Virus record (IMG/VR): IMGVR_UViG_3300021387_000661
Span: 224,001 to 288,000 of that record
Source of the DNA: a virus
Taxonomy: Duplodnaviria > Caudoviricetes
DNA length: 64,000 bases
Direction: 5' to 3' (one strand)
Shown here: one piece after another, positions 63,560 to 64,000 of the stretch
Numbering within the stretch: position 1 is the stretch's first letter
Layout: each line of letters begins with the position of its first letter
Notes under the pieces: generated by a model
The model's database searches: none
What the model was told of the DNA's origin: nothing
Seen by the model: only the letters and a program-made list of their open reading frames with translations
Position numbers and translations under genes: made by a program

Positions 63560-63564
63560 CAATT

Positions 63565-64000
63565 ATGATTTATAAATTTATTATTGGATTGGTTCTTATT
63601 GCAACCATTATCTATTATTTTTTCTGTTTCCTGGAAATCTTCGGGTTGGTGAAATTCACTGAAAAGAATGTAACTGTGAAGATTCCACAGATGTTCATCC
63701 CCTTCTATTATCTCCTTGTTTCTGGAGAGGAAAAGGTTTATGAGTCTCTACCAAAAGATTCCAGAATCTCTGTCTTCATTGGTGATCGAAAATCCATTGA
63801 TGTAGGTCATAATATTGCTCAAGTATCCATTGCCATTACTGATGAATTCGACCATGGGTGGAAGATTGATCTCCCGGAGTGGGTAACTCTTGAAAACAAT
63901 GTCGGTCAGGGTTCCAAGTGTGTTGTCATCACAGTGAAAAAGAATTCAAGAAAGAATGCCAGAAATGGTATCATCACCATCACAGACCTTCTGACCGGAG
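63565..64000 (+). CDS. Membrane-anchored protein with BACON-like domain, 3'-partial
   Basis: N-terminal TM; W....PEWVTL....GQGS..V.ITV.KN....RNG.ITI. Confidence 0.6.
   Translation, partial: MIYKFIIGLVLIATIIYYFFCFLEIFGLVKFTEKNVTVKIPQMFIPFYYLLVSGEEKVYESLPKDSRISVFIGDRKSIDVGHNIAQVSIAITDEFDHGWKIDLPEWVTLENNVGQGSKCVVITVKKNSRKNARNGIITITDLLTG

Noticed and set aside
575-63562. Numerous antisense or alternate-frame ORFs nested in real genes (e.g. 709-1344, 52126-52752)
   Set aside because: Shadows of + strand codon bias with no motifs.
1-64000. Stop-codon reassignment (Lak/crAss-like code 15 or code 4)
   Set aside because: Long genes are intact in the standard code, TAG and TGA end genes at sensible boundaries, and no CTA-anticodon tRNA was found.

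Overview
A 64-kb segment of a large, AT-rich lytic dsDNA (jumbo-type) phage of a Bacteroidota host. Host-type TTTG-N~20-TAnnTTTG promoters recur, alongside a T4-late-like CATAAATA/TATAAATA box. The genetic code is standard and genes are almost all on the + strand. Left (1-11.4 kb): NAD+ salvage genes (NAMPT-family PRTase, NadE), a macrodomain, NAD-dependent ligase, NUDIX, GNAT and an inverted zinc-ribbon endonuclease. Centre (11.4-31.1 kb): an RNA island of about 45 tRNA genes plus tRNA-like RNAs, a circularly permuted tmRNA, a group I intron and two large ornate ncRNAs. Right (31-64 kb): GMP reductase, IspD-LicD, Dda-like helicase, thymidine kinase, Pth2-like, RNA-repair-type enzymes (HAD, nucleotidyltransferase, Thg1-like), Dam plus nuclease, SLT and many small hypotheticals. 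Main discovery candidate: each of the two tRNA blocks is preceded by an unannotated leader-peptide attenuator whose codons list the anticodons of its own downstream block, down to isoacceptor level. A third, Lys-codon leader appears to control folding of tRNA-Lys(UUU). Together they look like a ribosome-based tRNA-depletion sensor. Second candidate: four tRNAs carry a short non-group-I anticodon-loop insert ending in a tRNA-like domain. All calls were made by eye; no covariance-model or database search was run.
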